A DNA stretch of 32,000 bases, from the NCBI RefSeq assembly GCF_000091665.1, contig NC_000909.1, positions 1,606,838-1,638,837 of the forward strand, written 5' to 3'. A model generated the notes under the pieces. It was not told the DNA's origin. It did no database searches and was given only the letters and a program-made list of their open reading frames with translations. A program made the position numbers and the translations under genes. The DNA comes from Methanocaldococcus jannaschii DSM 2661 (GTDB lineage Archaea > AGJL01 > Methanococci > Methanococcales > Methanocaldococcaceae). Position 1 is the stretch's first letter; each line of letters opens with the position of its first letter. Of the stretch, positions 11,497 to 20,221 are shown in pieces.

Positions 11497-12846
11497 ATGG
11501 TTCAGTTGAATGACTATATTTTAAACCACATTGCAAAAACTCCTTTAATACTCTCAAGATACAACAAAGAGAAGAAGAGATTTGATTATGATATTTTAAA
11601 AGAAAAGGTTGATAAATACATTGAGAATGATAAAAAGGAGTTAATCCTCTTGTATGGACTTAGAGGCTTGGGAAAAACTACACTTTTATCTCAAATCTAT
11701 CACTATGCAAGATTAAAGATAGAGCCTAATAGAGTTTTATACTTTTCAATGGATGAGTTAAAACTTAACGACATCAAATTAATGGATGCTTTAAAAGCTT
11801 ATTCAGAAATCTTTGGTATCAATCTATACGAAGAGAAGATAATCCTATTGCTTGATGAAATTCAGTATGAAAGGCATTGGGATTTGGTTTTAAAAAACCT
11901 CTATGACACCACCAATATTTTTATAATAGCTACTGGTTCATCTGCTTTAAAGCTTAGAGAAAGTCCAGATTTGGCAAGGAGGGCATTGCATAAACCTATT
12001 TATCCAATGACTTTTAGAGAATATTTATATTTAACAAAAAATATCAAGATTGAAAGCCTATTTGAAGAGGTAATTTTAAATAACAACTTAGACAACTTCA
12101 AAAAAGTGTATGCCAAAGTTTATTCCCAAATCTTAGAGGAAGATGTTAAAAAATATTTAAGGATTGGTTCTTTACCCTTTGCTTTGGAAGATGATGAATT
12201 GGAAGTTTATAATAAAATCTATACAATGTTAGAGAGGATTATTTATAAGGATGTTAGAGAAGTGAAAGAATTTGACATGGAAACGTTAGATAAAGCCTTT
12301 AAATTGCTATATCTATTAGCCAATCCAAAGGGAGAGAGATACAGCTATGAAAGTTTAGCAAATACCCTTGAAATCGCAAAAGGAACTTTGATAAATTTAG
12401 TTGATGTCTTAGAAAAGTGTGAATTGTTATTTAAAATCTATCCTTATGGTTCAATGGACAAAAAGGTTAGAAAATCCCAAAAGATAAAATTCCTCCCAGT
12501 TCCTATAAAGACAGCATTATGGCATAAAATGGGAGTTGTGATAGATGATGTTTGTTATGGCTCTTTATTAGAAGATGTTGTAGCGTTTTATCTATACTTA
12601 TTTTGTAAAAAGAAAGGATATAGCCTAAGTTATGAACCAAAAAAAGGAGGAGCTGATTTTATTTTAATCTCTCCATATATGGAGAAGATTGTTATCGAGG
12701 TTGGCTTAGGCAAAAAATCATCAAAACAAGTTTTAAAGAGTATGGAGAGGGTTAAAGCTTCTAAGGGCATAATTATCGGTGATGAGTTAAAAGTTGAAGG
12801 TAACATCTTATATATTCCCTGGAAGGGTTTTTTATTGCTGATTTAA
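11497..12846 (+). CDS. Archaeal AAA ATPase (DUF4143-type C-terminus)
   Basis: Walker A LYGLRGLGKTTLL, Walker B IILLLDEIQYE, IATGSSALKL, C-terminal nuclease-like VVEVGLGKKSS region. ATG at 11497 (MVQLNDYILNHIAKTP) preferred over 11425. Confidence 0.85.
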   Translation: MVQLNDYILNHIAKTPLILSRYNKEKKRFDYDILKEKVDKYIENDKKELILLYGLRGLGKTTLLSQIYHYARLKIEPNRVLYFSMDELKLNDIKLMDALKAYSEIFGINLYEEKIILLLDEIQYERHWDLVLKNLYDTTNIFIIATGSSALKLRESPDLARRALHKPIYPMTFREYLYLTKNIKIESLFEEVILNNNLDNFKKVYAKVYSQILEEDVKKYLRIGSLPFALEDDELEVYNKIYTMLERIIYKDVREVKEFDMETLDKAFKLLYLLANPKGERYSYESLANTLEIAKGTLINLVDVLEKCELLFKIYPYGSMDKKVRKSQKIKFLPVPIKTALWHKMGVVIDDVCYGSLLEDVVAFYLYLFCKKKGYSLSYEPKKGGADFILISPYMEKIVIEVGLGKKSSKQVLKSMERVKASKGIIIGDELKVEGNILYIPWKGFLLLI

Positions 12847-13614
12847 AATCTCAACTATATTTTTGAATCCTTCTTCTTCATTAACTACCCTTCCCCTAAC
12901 TTCCCTCAAAATCCTTTGAATTGTAAATTTATATCCCTTATTATGTTTATGGTAAATTTTTAACAATGGGCAGCCATAACTCATTTTTAGCTCAATGCCA
13001 TTGTTTTTTAATATCTCCCTCTCTTCATCCTTTGTTAGGGCAAAAAAAGAAGGTAGATTAAATCTAAAAATCTCATCCTCCCTATATAAAGCTAAATATC
13101 CAAAAGCTAATAAATCACCAAATATAACAAACTCAGCATCTATTTTTTTGGCATAATCTATAACTGCATTTTCGATAACTTTATGGCATCTACCGCAGGG
13201 ATGAAATTTACCATTAACAACTCCTTTATAAACTTCCTCTAAATCAATACTCACAAATTCTAAACTTATTCCAATCTTCTTAGCTATGTTTTTGGCATTT
13301 TCTCTCATCTCATCTGTCATTATATATTTTGAATAGCAAGAAACTGCCTTAACATCAAAAATCTGCTTTGCTATTATTGCAGATGTAGAGCTATCAACTC
13401 CTCCACTAAATGCAACAACTGCCTTTGGCTTTTTATCAATGGAAATTTTATAAAACTCTTTCTCTCCATTTAATCTCTTTAAAAGCGTGGATTTTAAAGC
13501 TTCTTTAAGCTCTGTATTAATATCTAATTTCTCTAAAATTTCTAAGGAGTTTTTTAGCCTCAATTCTTTGAGTTTTTGATTTACTTTTTCCTCTATAATT
13601 TTTTCAAAATTCAT
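12832..13614 (-). CDS. PP-loop ATP pyrophosphatase / tRNA-thiolation-like protein
   Basis: AVVAFSGGVDSSTSAIIAK PP-loop; HPCGRCHKV cysteine motif; SYGCPLL. Confidence 0.85.
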   Translation of the reverse strand: MNFEKIIEEKVNQKLKELRLKNSLEILEKLDINTELKEALKSTLLKRLNGEKEFYKISIDKKPKAVVAFSGGVDSSTSAIIAKQIFDVKAVSCYSKYIMTDEMRENAKNIAKKIGISLEFVSIDLEEVYKGVVNGKFHPCGRCHKVIENAVIDYAKKIDAEFVIFGDLLAFGYLALYREDEIFRFNLPSFFALTKDEEREILKNNGIELKMSYGCPLLKIYHKHNKGYKFTIQRILREVRGRVVNEEEGFKNIVEILNQQ

Positions 13615-13731
13615 AACTTAACCCTCAAAAATTGTTATATGTAATTACGTAAGTTTAATATATTTCTTCTTTTTTGATTATACTAATATGTCAATATATA
13701 ATACTAATGACTATATTAAAGAGGTGGGATT

Positions 13732-14196
13732 GTGTATTTTGTTATTAAGGGAGACAGTATTATGTATTTTGTTTTACGCTTGGGTGGGGATTTGTCTCTA
13801 TATATACCAGCAAAATACAGACCTTTCTTTGAACCATTAGACAAGAATTCTCCATATAATATTAAAGTAAATCTTGAAAATTCCAGTGGAGATATAGTAG
13901 TAGATAATGTGTTGGATGACAAAAAAATAGATGAAAGAAATTCTGAAATTACAAAATTAGGAGGCTTAATTAATGAATTACGAAGAAAGAAGGAAAATGG
14001 AGATAACATTAATATTATTGAAATAAGACTTAAACTAAAAGATGATTCTATCATAACTCATAATCTAAATACACCAAATATTGAAGATTATGATGATAAC
14101 AAGTTAGTCATAAACAGTGGAACTCTGGTTATAAATGGTAAAACAACTATAGATTTAAATAATATTGAGGAAATAACTTTGAAATTAGATATTTAA
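13732..14196 (+). CDS. Uncharacterized protein
   Basis: 154-aa ORF; ATG at 13762 is an alternative start. C-terminal beta-rich LVINSGTLVINGKTTIDL. Confidence 0.6.
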   Translation: MYFVIKGDSIMYFVLRLGGDLSLYIPAKYRPFFEPLDKNSPYNIKVNLENSSGDIVVDNVLDDKKIDERNSEITKLGGLINELRRKKENGDNINIIEIRLKLKDDSIITHNLNTPNIEDYDDNKLVINSGTLVINGKTTIDLNNIEEITLKLDI

Positions 14197-14210
14197 CAAT
14201 TAACAACATA

Positions 14211-14828
14211 TTAAATCTCACATATTCTTTTCTTATCTAAAACATTGTGTATTATAGTAATACAATGATTTGCATGCAATTCTAATGGAGATAGGGAGAT
14301 TCTTTTAGCTTTAATCTCATCTAAAAACCTTTCATCCTCCTCTCCAATACCAATATGGTCTCCAATTATAAAAACTGGATTTTCTATATCAACGTTCTCA
14401 ACATCTTCTCCATTCATATGTAAATAATAAATATTCTTTCCTTCTTCCAACTTTTCCAAAACTAAATTCCTAAATCCCAATCTTCTAACGTAAATTCCAG
14501 GAGTTGATTGATTCCAATCCTTTCTTTGCTCTTCATCAAGTTCTTCAAATTTTTTAAGGGCTTTTTTTATAAATATTGCTATATTCCTTTCATCTGGAGA
14601 AACCTTTTTTAACTCACTACCAACAAATTTTATGCAAACAGGAGGATTTGGCTGTCCATAAAGAACAGCATAGAAAACAACGTCCCTCCTTATATCATGG
14701 GATAAAAAGAAAGCGTCACTCACACATCTGCATAACAAATCCAACCTTCCACAACTCCCAGGTAAATCCTTTAAATTTATATCTGAGGAGGTTATGGTTT
14801 TATTTGCTTTGAATATAAATTCTCTCAT
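14211..14828 (-). CDS. trmY: tRNA (pseudouridine(54)-N1)-methyltransferase TrmY
   Basis: 205 aa; [76 protein letters not shown] (SPOUT-family features). Confidence 0.85.
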   Translation of the reverse strand: MREFIFKANKTITSSDINLKDLPGSCGRLDLLCRCVSDAFFLSHDIRRDVVFYAVLYGQPNPPVCIKFVGSELKKVSPDERNIAIFIKKALKKFEELDEEQRKDWNQSTPGIYVRRLGFRNLVLEKLEEGKNIYYLHMNGEDVENVDIENPVFIIGDHIGIGEEDERFLDEIKAKRISLSPLELHANHCITIIHNVLDKKRICEI

Positions 14829-14839
14829 AACATCCCTCC

Positions 14840-14950
14840 GAAACTTTAATAAAGTTTAACAAATCCTAACGGATTTGTAGCTGGAAAGCAAAGCTTTCCA
14901 TTTCATCAAAGCTAACACCTCTTCGCTTATGCTCAGAGGTGTAAATTAAA
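14840..14950. repeat. Hairpin-rich intergenic insert (element A) flanked by duplicated phoU-stop/trmY-start sequence
   Basis: Four hairpins: AAACTTT-AAT-AAAGTTT (14841-14857), ACAAATCC-TAAC-GGATTTGT (14859-14878), TGGAAAGC-AAA-GCTTTCCA (14882-14900), ACACCTCT-TCGCTTATGCTC-AGAGGTGT (14915-14942). Confidence 0.7.
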
Positions 14951-14957
14951 AATTCCC

Positions 14958-15821
14958 TTATAACATTCCCCTTTTCAACCTCTCAGGAATTGGATTTCTT
15001 GGTATGTTGTGATATAACTCTAACGCAATATCTACAATATTCACACATCTATCTCCAAATCTCTCAATGTCCTTTAAAAACATACCAAACTGAACATAGA
15101 AGTTTAAATCCTCCCTCTTATTTTCTAAAACTTTGTTTAGCAATAACTCAAGGTTTTTATGCAACTTTTCCTCAAGCTCATGAATTTTTGTCTCCTTTTT
15201 CTTACTTTTAACAACGTCTATAGCTTCAGTTAGCATCTCTTTGAGAAGGGTGAATATCATATTAACTTCATTTTCAATGTCTTTATCTAATTTAAGTCCA
15301 TGAACTACTTCTTCAGCAATGTTTGCTATATAATCCCCCAACCTCTCAAGATTTGATGCTATTGTAGCCAAAGCATTGGCATAAGCTCCAGGCAAATATT
15401 TTAAAGCATTCATACTTAAGAGTATCCTAACCTCTTCCTCCATCTTATTCAGTGCATAGTCTTTAATGATTATATCCTCAGCCAATTTCTTATCACTATT
15501 TTTTAAAGCCGTATAAACCAAATCCAAGTTATTTAAAAGTGTTTTTTCCATTTTTTCTAAGGTAGTTTTTATTTCTTTCATTAAGATATATTCGTCAAAC
15601 TCTAAATTTATCTTATGCAATTTACTCATATCTACAATATATGGATGCCTAACGATTTTTTCATCAATCAATGGCTTTAAAAGCTTAGCAACATACCTCC
15701 TACTTATTCCAAGCTTTTCAGCAATTTCATCTTGTGTCTCTGGCTCTTCTTCAATGATGACCCTTATTATCCCAGCTAAGGTAGCTTCTTTACCTCTCAA
15801 CATATTATCCCATAAATTCAT
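14958..15821 (-). CDS. PhoU-domain protein with N-terminal HTH
   Basis: 287 aa; TQDEIAEKLGISRRYVAKLLKPLIDE (HTH), two PhoU-like helical repeats (ERLGDYIANIAEEV, ERFGDRCVNIVDIALEL). Confidence 0.85.
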   Translation of the reverse strand: MNLWDNMLRGKEATLAGIIRVIIEEEPETQDEIAEKLGISRRYVAKLLKPLIDEKIVRHPYIVDMSKLHKINLEFDEYILMKEIKTTLEKMEKTLLNNLDLVYTALKNSDKKLAEDIIIKDYALNKMEEEVRILLSMNALKYLPGAYANALATIASNLERLGDYIANIAEEVVHGLKLDKDIENEVNMIFTLLKEMLTEAIDVVKSKKKETKIHELEEKLHKNLELLLNKVLENKREDLNFYVQFGMFLKDIERFGDRCVNIVDIALELYHNIPRNPIPERLKRGML

Positions 15822-15893
15822 ATTTTATGAATTATTATACTTAAGCTTCATATAAATAGTTTAAGTATATATTTTATAAACTCACCATTAGTT

Positions 15894-16001
15894 GTTGCTA
15901 AGGAAGCTCCAAGCTTTAGCTCGGAGAGGATTCAGATGAAATCCTTCGAATTTCATTAACTCTCCTTGCTACGCTCGAAGATAGGGAGGCGGCGAGACAA
16001 A
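15894..16001. repeat. Hairpin-rich intergenic insert (element F), putative
   Basis: GC-richer palindromic tract between CATTAGTT at 15886-15893 and CATTAGTT at 16002-16009; contains AAGCTTTAGCTC and TTGCTACGCTCGAA, resembling the loops of elements A and D. Confidence 0.45.
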
Positions 16002-16007
16002 CATTAG

Positions 16008-16016
16008 TTTTATATA
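16008..16016 (+). promoter_or_regulatory. Archaeal TATA box upstream of the ncRNA/smc leader
   Basis: TTTTATATA placed about 25-30 nt upstream of the start of the GC-rich structured tract near 16042. Confidence 0.5.
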
Positions 16017-16041
16017 CTTGAAATTAGTATAATGCTTTATT

Positions 16042-16147
16042 GAGGGTAGCTCTGACTCTGCCCGATGACACCAACCTGCCCTGTGACCTATCGGCGACGA
16101 TAAGTAGCAGGGTGTTCCGTGTTGGAACCTCCACCCTTTAGGTGGAG
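16042..16147 (+). ncRNA. GC-rich structured RNA (independent ncRNA of the 'high-GC' type or 5' leader of the V4R-smc operon)
   Basis: GC island in AT-rich DNA. Helices: GGGTAG/CTGCCC (16044-16049/16058-16063); ACACC-aac-CTGC-...-TATCG-GCGA-CGATA-...-GCAG-GGTGT (16068-16115); GTTCC/GGAAC (16114-16128); CTCCACC-CTTTA-GGTGGAG (16129-16147). Confidence 0.65.
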
Positions 16148-16188
16148 AGAAGATCAGTTAAAATTCCTAAATACTCCCGTAGTGGAGA

Positions 16189-16674
16189 ATGGAAGAACTT
16201 GGGAGAAATGTAGATGTGTCTATTTTTAGAATTTTAAGATTTATGAATTTGAGGAAATATATTGGTATTGACAATGAAATGTTAATGTATTATTTTGGTA
16301 AAGAACTTAGTAAAAATCTGAATTTTAAGAATTTTAAAGAATTAAGTAACTTCTATAAAGAGTATAAACTTGGAAGAATTGAAATGGTTAGTGAAAATCC
16401 TATAAAGATTAGAATATATGATTGTATAAGCTGTTCTGGATTGCCAGATGTTGGAAAGCCCTTATGTCATTTTGAGGCAGGGTTTTTGGCAGGTTACATA
16501 GAAAATGTATTTAATAAAAAGTGTTACATAATAGAAACTCATTGCTGGGGATTGGGAAATAAATTCTGCCAATTTGAAGTTAGATTAGTTGATAATAAAA
16601 AAAGTGAAAATTGTTTTGCATCATCTGGTGATTGTAATGGTTACTTTGGAAAAAATAGAACTAAAAAACTTTAA
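16189..16674 (+). CDS. V4R (4-vinyl reductase-like) domain protein
   Basis: 161 aa; CISCSGLPDVGKPLCHFEAGFLAGYIENVF...ETHCWGLGNKFCQFEV is typical of V4R domains. Confidence 0.8.
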   Translation: MEELGRNVDVSIFRILRFMNLRKYIGIDNEMLMYYFGKELSKNLNFKNFKELSNFYKEYKLGRIEMVSENPIKIRIYDCISCSGLPDVGKPLCHFEAGFLAGYIENVFNKKCYIIETHCWGLGNKFCQFEVRLVDNKKSENCFASSGDCNGYFGKNRTKKL

Positions 16675-19600
16675 ATCATTTAAAAAATTATCTTTAGATA
16701 TTCCAAAGGGATTTACAGCCATAGTTGGGCCTAATGGTAGTGGAAAATCTAACATAGTCGATGCTATATTATTTGTGCTTGGAAAAACCTCTGCTAAAAA
16801 ATTGAGAGCAAATAGATTCAGCGGTTTGATAACCTACCACAACGGAAAGAGGGCAGATTTTGCTGAAGTTTGTTTATATTTTACAAATGAGAATAATGCC
16901 TTCAATGTTAATGCTGATAAAGTAGGAATTTTAAGAAGGATAAAGAGTAGTGGAGAGACAGACTATTATTTAGTTTGGAAAGAGAACGATAAGGAGAAGA
17001 GAAAGAAGATGACTAAGCATGAAATTATTGATTTATTTAGAAGATTGGGGCTTTTAGGAGATAATGTTATTTCACAAGGAGATTTGTTGAAAATTATCAA
17101 TATCTCACCAATTGAGAGAAGAAAGATTATCGATGAGATTAGTGGAATAGCAGAGTTTGATGAAAAAAAGAAGAAGGCAGAGGAGGAGTTAAAAAAAGCC
17201 AGAGAGTTAATTGAGATGATTGATATAAGGATTAGTGAGGTTGAAAACAATTTAAAGAAGCTTAAAAAAGAGAAAGAAGATGCAGAAAAATATATAAAAT
17301 TAAATGAAGAGCTAAAAGCTGCTAAGTATGCTTTGATATTAAAAAAAGTTAGCTACCTAAATGTTCTTTTAGAGAACATCCAAAATGACATTAAAAATTT
17401 GGAAGAGCTTAAAAATGAATTTTTAAGCAAGGTTAGAGAAATTGATGTAGAGATTGAGAATTTAAAGCTTAGATTAAACAACATCATAAATGAACTCAAC
17501 GAGAAGGGCAATGAAGAAGTTTTAGAGCTTCATAAATCAATTAAAGAGCTTGAAGTAGAGATTGAGAACGATAAGAAGGTTTTAGATAGCTCAATAAATG
17601 AGCTAAAAAAGGTTGAAGTTGAAATTGAAAATAAGAAGAAGGAGATTAAAGAAACTCAAAAGAAGATTATTGAAAATAGAGACAGCATTATTGAGAAAGA
17701 ACAGCAGATAAAAGAAATTGAAGAGAAAATCAAGAATCTCAACTATGAAAAAGAGAGATTAAAAGAGGCTATTGCTGAAAGCGAGAGCATCATCAAACAC
17801 TTAAAAGAATCTGAGATGGAGATAGCTGATGAAATAGCTAAAAACCAGAACGAACTCTATAGGCTAAAAAAAGAATTAAATGATTTAGATAATTTGATAA
17901 ACAGAAAGAATTTTGAAATTGAAAAAAACAATGAGATGATTAAAAAGTTAAAGGAGGAACTTGAAACTGTTGAAGACGTTGATACTAAGCCATTGTATTT
18001 AGAGCTTGAAAATTTAAACGTTGAGATTGAGTTTTCAAAGAGGGGGATTAAAGAACTTGAGGAAAAAAAGAAAGAACTACAAGCTAAATTGGATGAGTTA
18101 CATGCTGAGTATGTTAAAGAGAATGCAAGAATCAAGGCTTTAAAGGAGATGGAAGAGCTATCTATGGATAGGGCAATTAGAGAGATATTGAATGCCAACT
18201 TACCGGGAATTATCGACATTGTTGGTAATTTAGGAAAGACAAAAATTGAGTATAAAACAGCTATAGAAGTAGCAGCTGGAAATAGGCTGAATCATATAGT
18301 TGTTAAGAGAATGGATGATGCAGTTAGAGCTATAAAGTATTTAAAAGAGAGAAAGCTTGGAAGAGCCACGTTTTTGCCATTGGATAGAATTGAGGGCAGA
18401 GAGGCGTATTATATTGATGAAGATGGAGTTATTGGTAGAGCTATTGATTTAGTGGAGTTTGATGAAAAATATAGGAGAGTTTTTGAGTATGTGTTTGGAA
18501 ACACTGTAGTTGTTGAAAATATTGATATAGCTAAGGAGTTGGCTAAAAAATACAGAAAGGTGAGGTTTGTAACATTAGATGGAGATGTTATAGAGCCGAG
18601 TGGGGCGATGATTGGAGGGACTTTTAAAAGTAAGGCAAAGATAAAGGTTGATGTTGATTTAAGTAAGCTGAATAAGATAGCTGATGAAATTATAGCCATT
18701 GAGAGTGAGTTGAGGAAGATAAAAGAAGAAATTGAGAGATTAAGTAAGATAGTAAAGAGAAGTTCTGCCAAAAAAATGGAGATTGAAAATACATTAGAGA
18801 TAATTAAAAAGAATGAAATGAGGAAGAGAGAGATTGCTGAAAAGAACACTATAAAGATAAAAGAGTTGGAGTTGAAAAATAAAGATATTTTAGAGGAGTT
18901 GGAGGAGTTGAATCTTAAGAGGGAGGAGATTTTAAATAGGATTAATGAAATTGAGAGTAAAATAAATGAGTTGATTGAAAGAAGGGAGAAGATAATTAAT
19001 GAGCTGAAGGAGTATGAAAGTGATGAAAACTTAAAGAGAATGAACGAAATTGAAGGGGAATTAAAGATTTTAGAGAAAGAGAAAGCCAAATTAAAAAATG
19101 AGATTGATAAAGGGCTTACTTTAGTTAAAGAGATATTAATTCCAAAGATTGAGGAACTGAATAAGAAAGTCTCTGAGCTAATAAATAAAAAAGTCATATT
19201 GGAGAAGAATATATCGTTCTATAAAGAGAGTATTGAAAAAAATCTATCTATATTGGAGGAGAAGAGGAAGAGATATGAGGAATTAGCTAAAAACCTAAAA
19301 GAGCTGACCGAAAAAAAGGAACAGCTTGAGAAAGAGATAGAAACCTTAGAAAGAGAGAGAAGAGAGATATTAAGGAAAGTTAGAGACATTGAAAACAGAA
19401 TAAACGAACTCATGGTTGAAAAGGCGAAGTATGAAAGTAAGTTGGAGGAAGAGGAGAGAAAGCTTTATCTATGCGAAAAAGTTGATGTAAGTAAAGAGTT
19501 GGAGAAAAAAGACATTGAAGAACTTGAGATATATATAGGAGAGCTTGAGAATGAGATAAAAAGCTTAGAACCAGTTAATATGAGGGCTATTGAAGACTAT

Positions 19601-20146
19601 AACTATGTGGCAGAGAGATACAAGGAGTTGATAGAAAAAAGAAAAGAGTATGAGAGAGATGAGAAAAAATATCTCCAATTGATGGAAGAGCTTGAAAATA
19701 AAAAGAAAGAAGTCTTTATGGAGGTTTTTAACAAGGTAGCTAAGAACTTTGAGGAAGTATATAAGGAGATTGGAGGTATTGGGAAGCTGAGCTTAGAGAA
19801 TGAGAAGAATCCATTTGAAGGAGGGATTTTGATAGATGCATCTCCAAGAGGCAAAAAGCTTTTAAGCTTAGATGCTATGAGTGGGGGAGAAAAATCATTA
19901 ACAGCTTTAGCATTTTTATTTGCTATTCAAAGGCTAAATCCTTCGCCATTCTATGTATTGGATGAAGTTGATGCCGCTTTAGATGTAAAAAACGTCTCTT
20001 TAATTGCTGATATGATTAAAAACGCCTCTAAAGACAGCCAATTTATAGTTATAAGCCATAGAGAACAGATGGTTAGTAAGGCAGATGTTGTTTATGGTGT
20101 TTATATGGAAAACGGTTTAAGTAAAGTTGTTGGTATTAGATTATAA
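16637..20146 (+). CDS. smc: Chromosome segregation ATPase SMC
   Basis: From MVTLEKIELKNFKSFKK (1169 aa); Walker A GPNGSGKSNIVDA, signature LLSLDAMSGGEKSLTALAF, Walker B PFYVLDEVDAALD, glycine-containing hinge, long coiled coils. Confidence 0.97.
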   Translation: MVTLEKIELKNFKSFKKLSLDIPKGFTAIVGPNGSGKSNIVDAILFVLGKTSAKKLRANRFSGLITYHNGKRADFAEVCLYFTNENNAFNVNADKVGILRRIKSSGETDYYLVWKENDKEKRKKMTKHEIIDLFRRLGLLGDNVISQGDLLKIINISPIERRKIIDEISGIAEFDEKKKKAEEELKKARELIEMIDIRISEVENNLKKLKKEKEDAEKYIKLNEELKAAKYALILKKVSYLNVLLENIQNDIKNLEELKNEFLSKVREIDVEIENLKLRLNNIINELNEKGNEEVLELHKSIKELEVEIENDKKVLDSSINELKKVEVEIENKKKEIKETQKKIIENRDSIIEKEQQIKEIEEKIKNLNYEKERLKEAIAESESIIKHLKESEMEIADEIAKNQNELYRLKKELNDLDNLINRKNFEIEKNNEMIKKLKEELETVEDVDTKPLYLELENLNVEIEFSKRGIKELEEKKKELQAKLDELHAEYVKENARIKALKEMEELSMDRAIREILNANLPGIIDIVGNLGKTKIEYKTAIEVAAGNRLNHIVVKRMDDAVRAIKYLKERKLGRATFLPLDRIEGREAYYIDEDGVIGRAIDLVEFDEKYRRVFEYVFGNTVVVENIDIAKELAKKYRKVRFVTLDGDVIEPSGAMIGGTFKSKAKIKVDVDLSKLNKIADEIIAIESELRKIKEEIERLSKIVKRSSAKKMEIENTLEIIKKNEMRKREIAEKNTIKIKELELKNKDILEELEELNLKREEILNRINEIESKINELIERREKIINELKEYESDENLKRMNEIEGELKILEKEKAKLKNEIDKGLTLVKEILIPKIEELNKKVSELINKKVILEKNISFYKESIEKNLSILEEKRKRYEELAKNLKELTEKKEQLEKEIETLERERREILRKVRDIENRINELMVEKAKYESKLEEEERKLYLCEKVDVSKELEKKDIEELEIYIGELENEIKSLEPVNMRAIEDYNYVAERYKELIEKRKEYERDEKKYLQLMEELENKKKEVFMEVFNKVAKNFEEVYKEIGGIGKLSLENEKNPFEGGILIDASPRGKKLLSLDAMSGGEKSLTALAFLFAIQRLNPSPFYVLDEVDAALDVKNVSLIADMIKNASKDSQFIVISHREQMVSKADVVYGVYMENGLSKVVGIRL

Positions 20147-20158
20147 GGTTTAAGAGGC

Positions 20159-20221
20159 ACTGCCAAGCGTTAGCGAGGCAGTGCATCCCGGATATTCCAA
20201 TAGGGCAGAGCCCTATGGTGT
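20159..20221. repeat. Hairpin-rich insert (element D) between two copies of the smc 3' end
   Basis: Hairpins GCACTGCC-AAGCGTTAGCGA-GGCAGTGC (20157-20184) and ATAGGGC-AGA-GCCCTAT (20200-20216). The flanking duplicated sequence is described in findings. Confidence 0.8.

Noticed and set aside
12832-12846. Overlap of convergent genes (ATPase and PP-loop protein)
   Set aside because: A short convergent stop-codon overlap is common in compact archaeal genomes; not unusual.
16589-16636. N-terminal extension MIIKKVKIVLHHLVIV on SMC
   Set aside because: Upstream of the canonical SMC N-terminus (MVTLEKIELKNFKSF) and encoded entirely within the V4R gene overlap.
16966-19854. Minus-strand ORFs opposite smc (16966-17250, 17857-18219, 18409-19197, 19219-19413, 19603-19854)
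   Set aside because: Compositional shadows of Lys/Glu-rich coiled-coil codons read as Ser/Phe/Leu; no start context or domain evidence.
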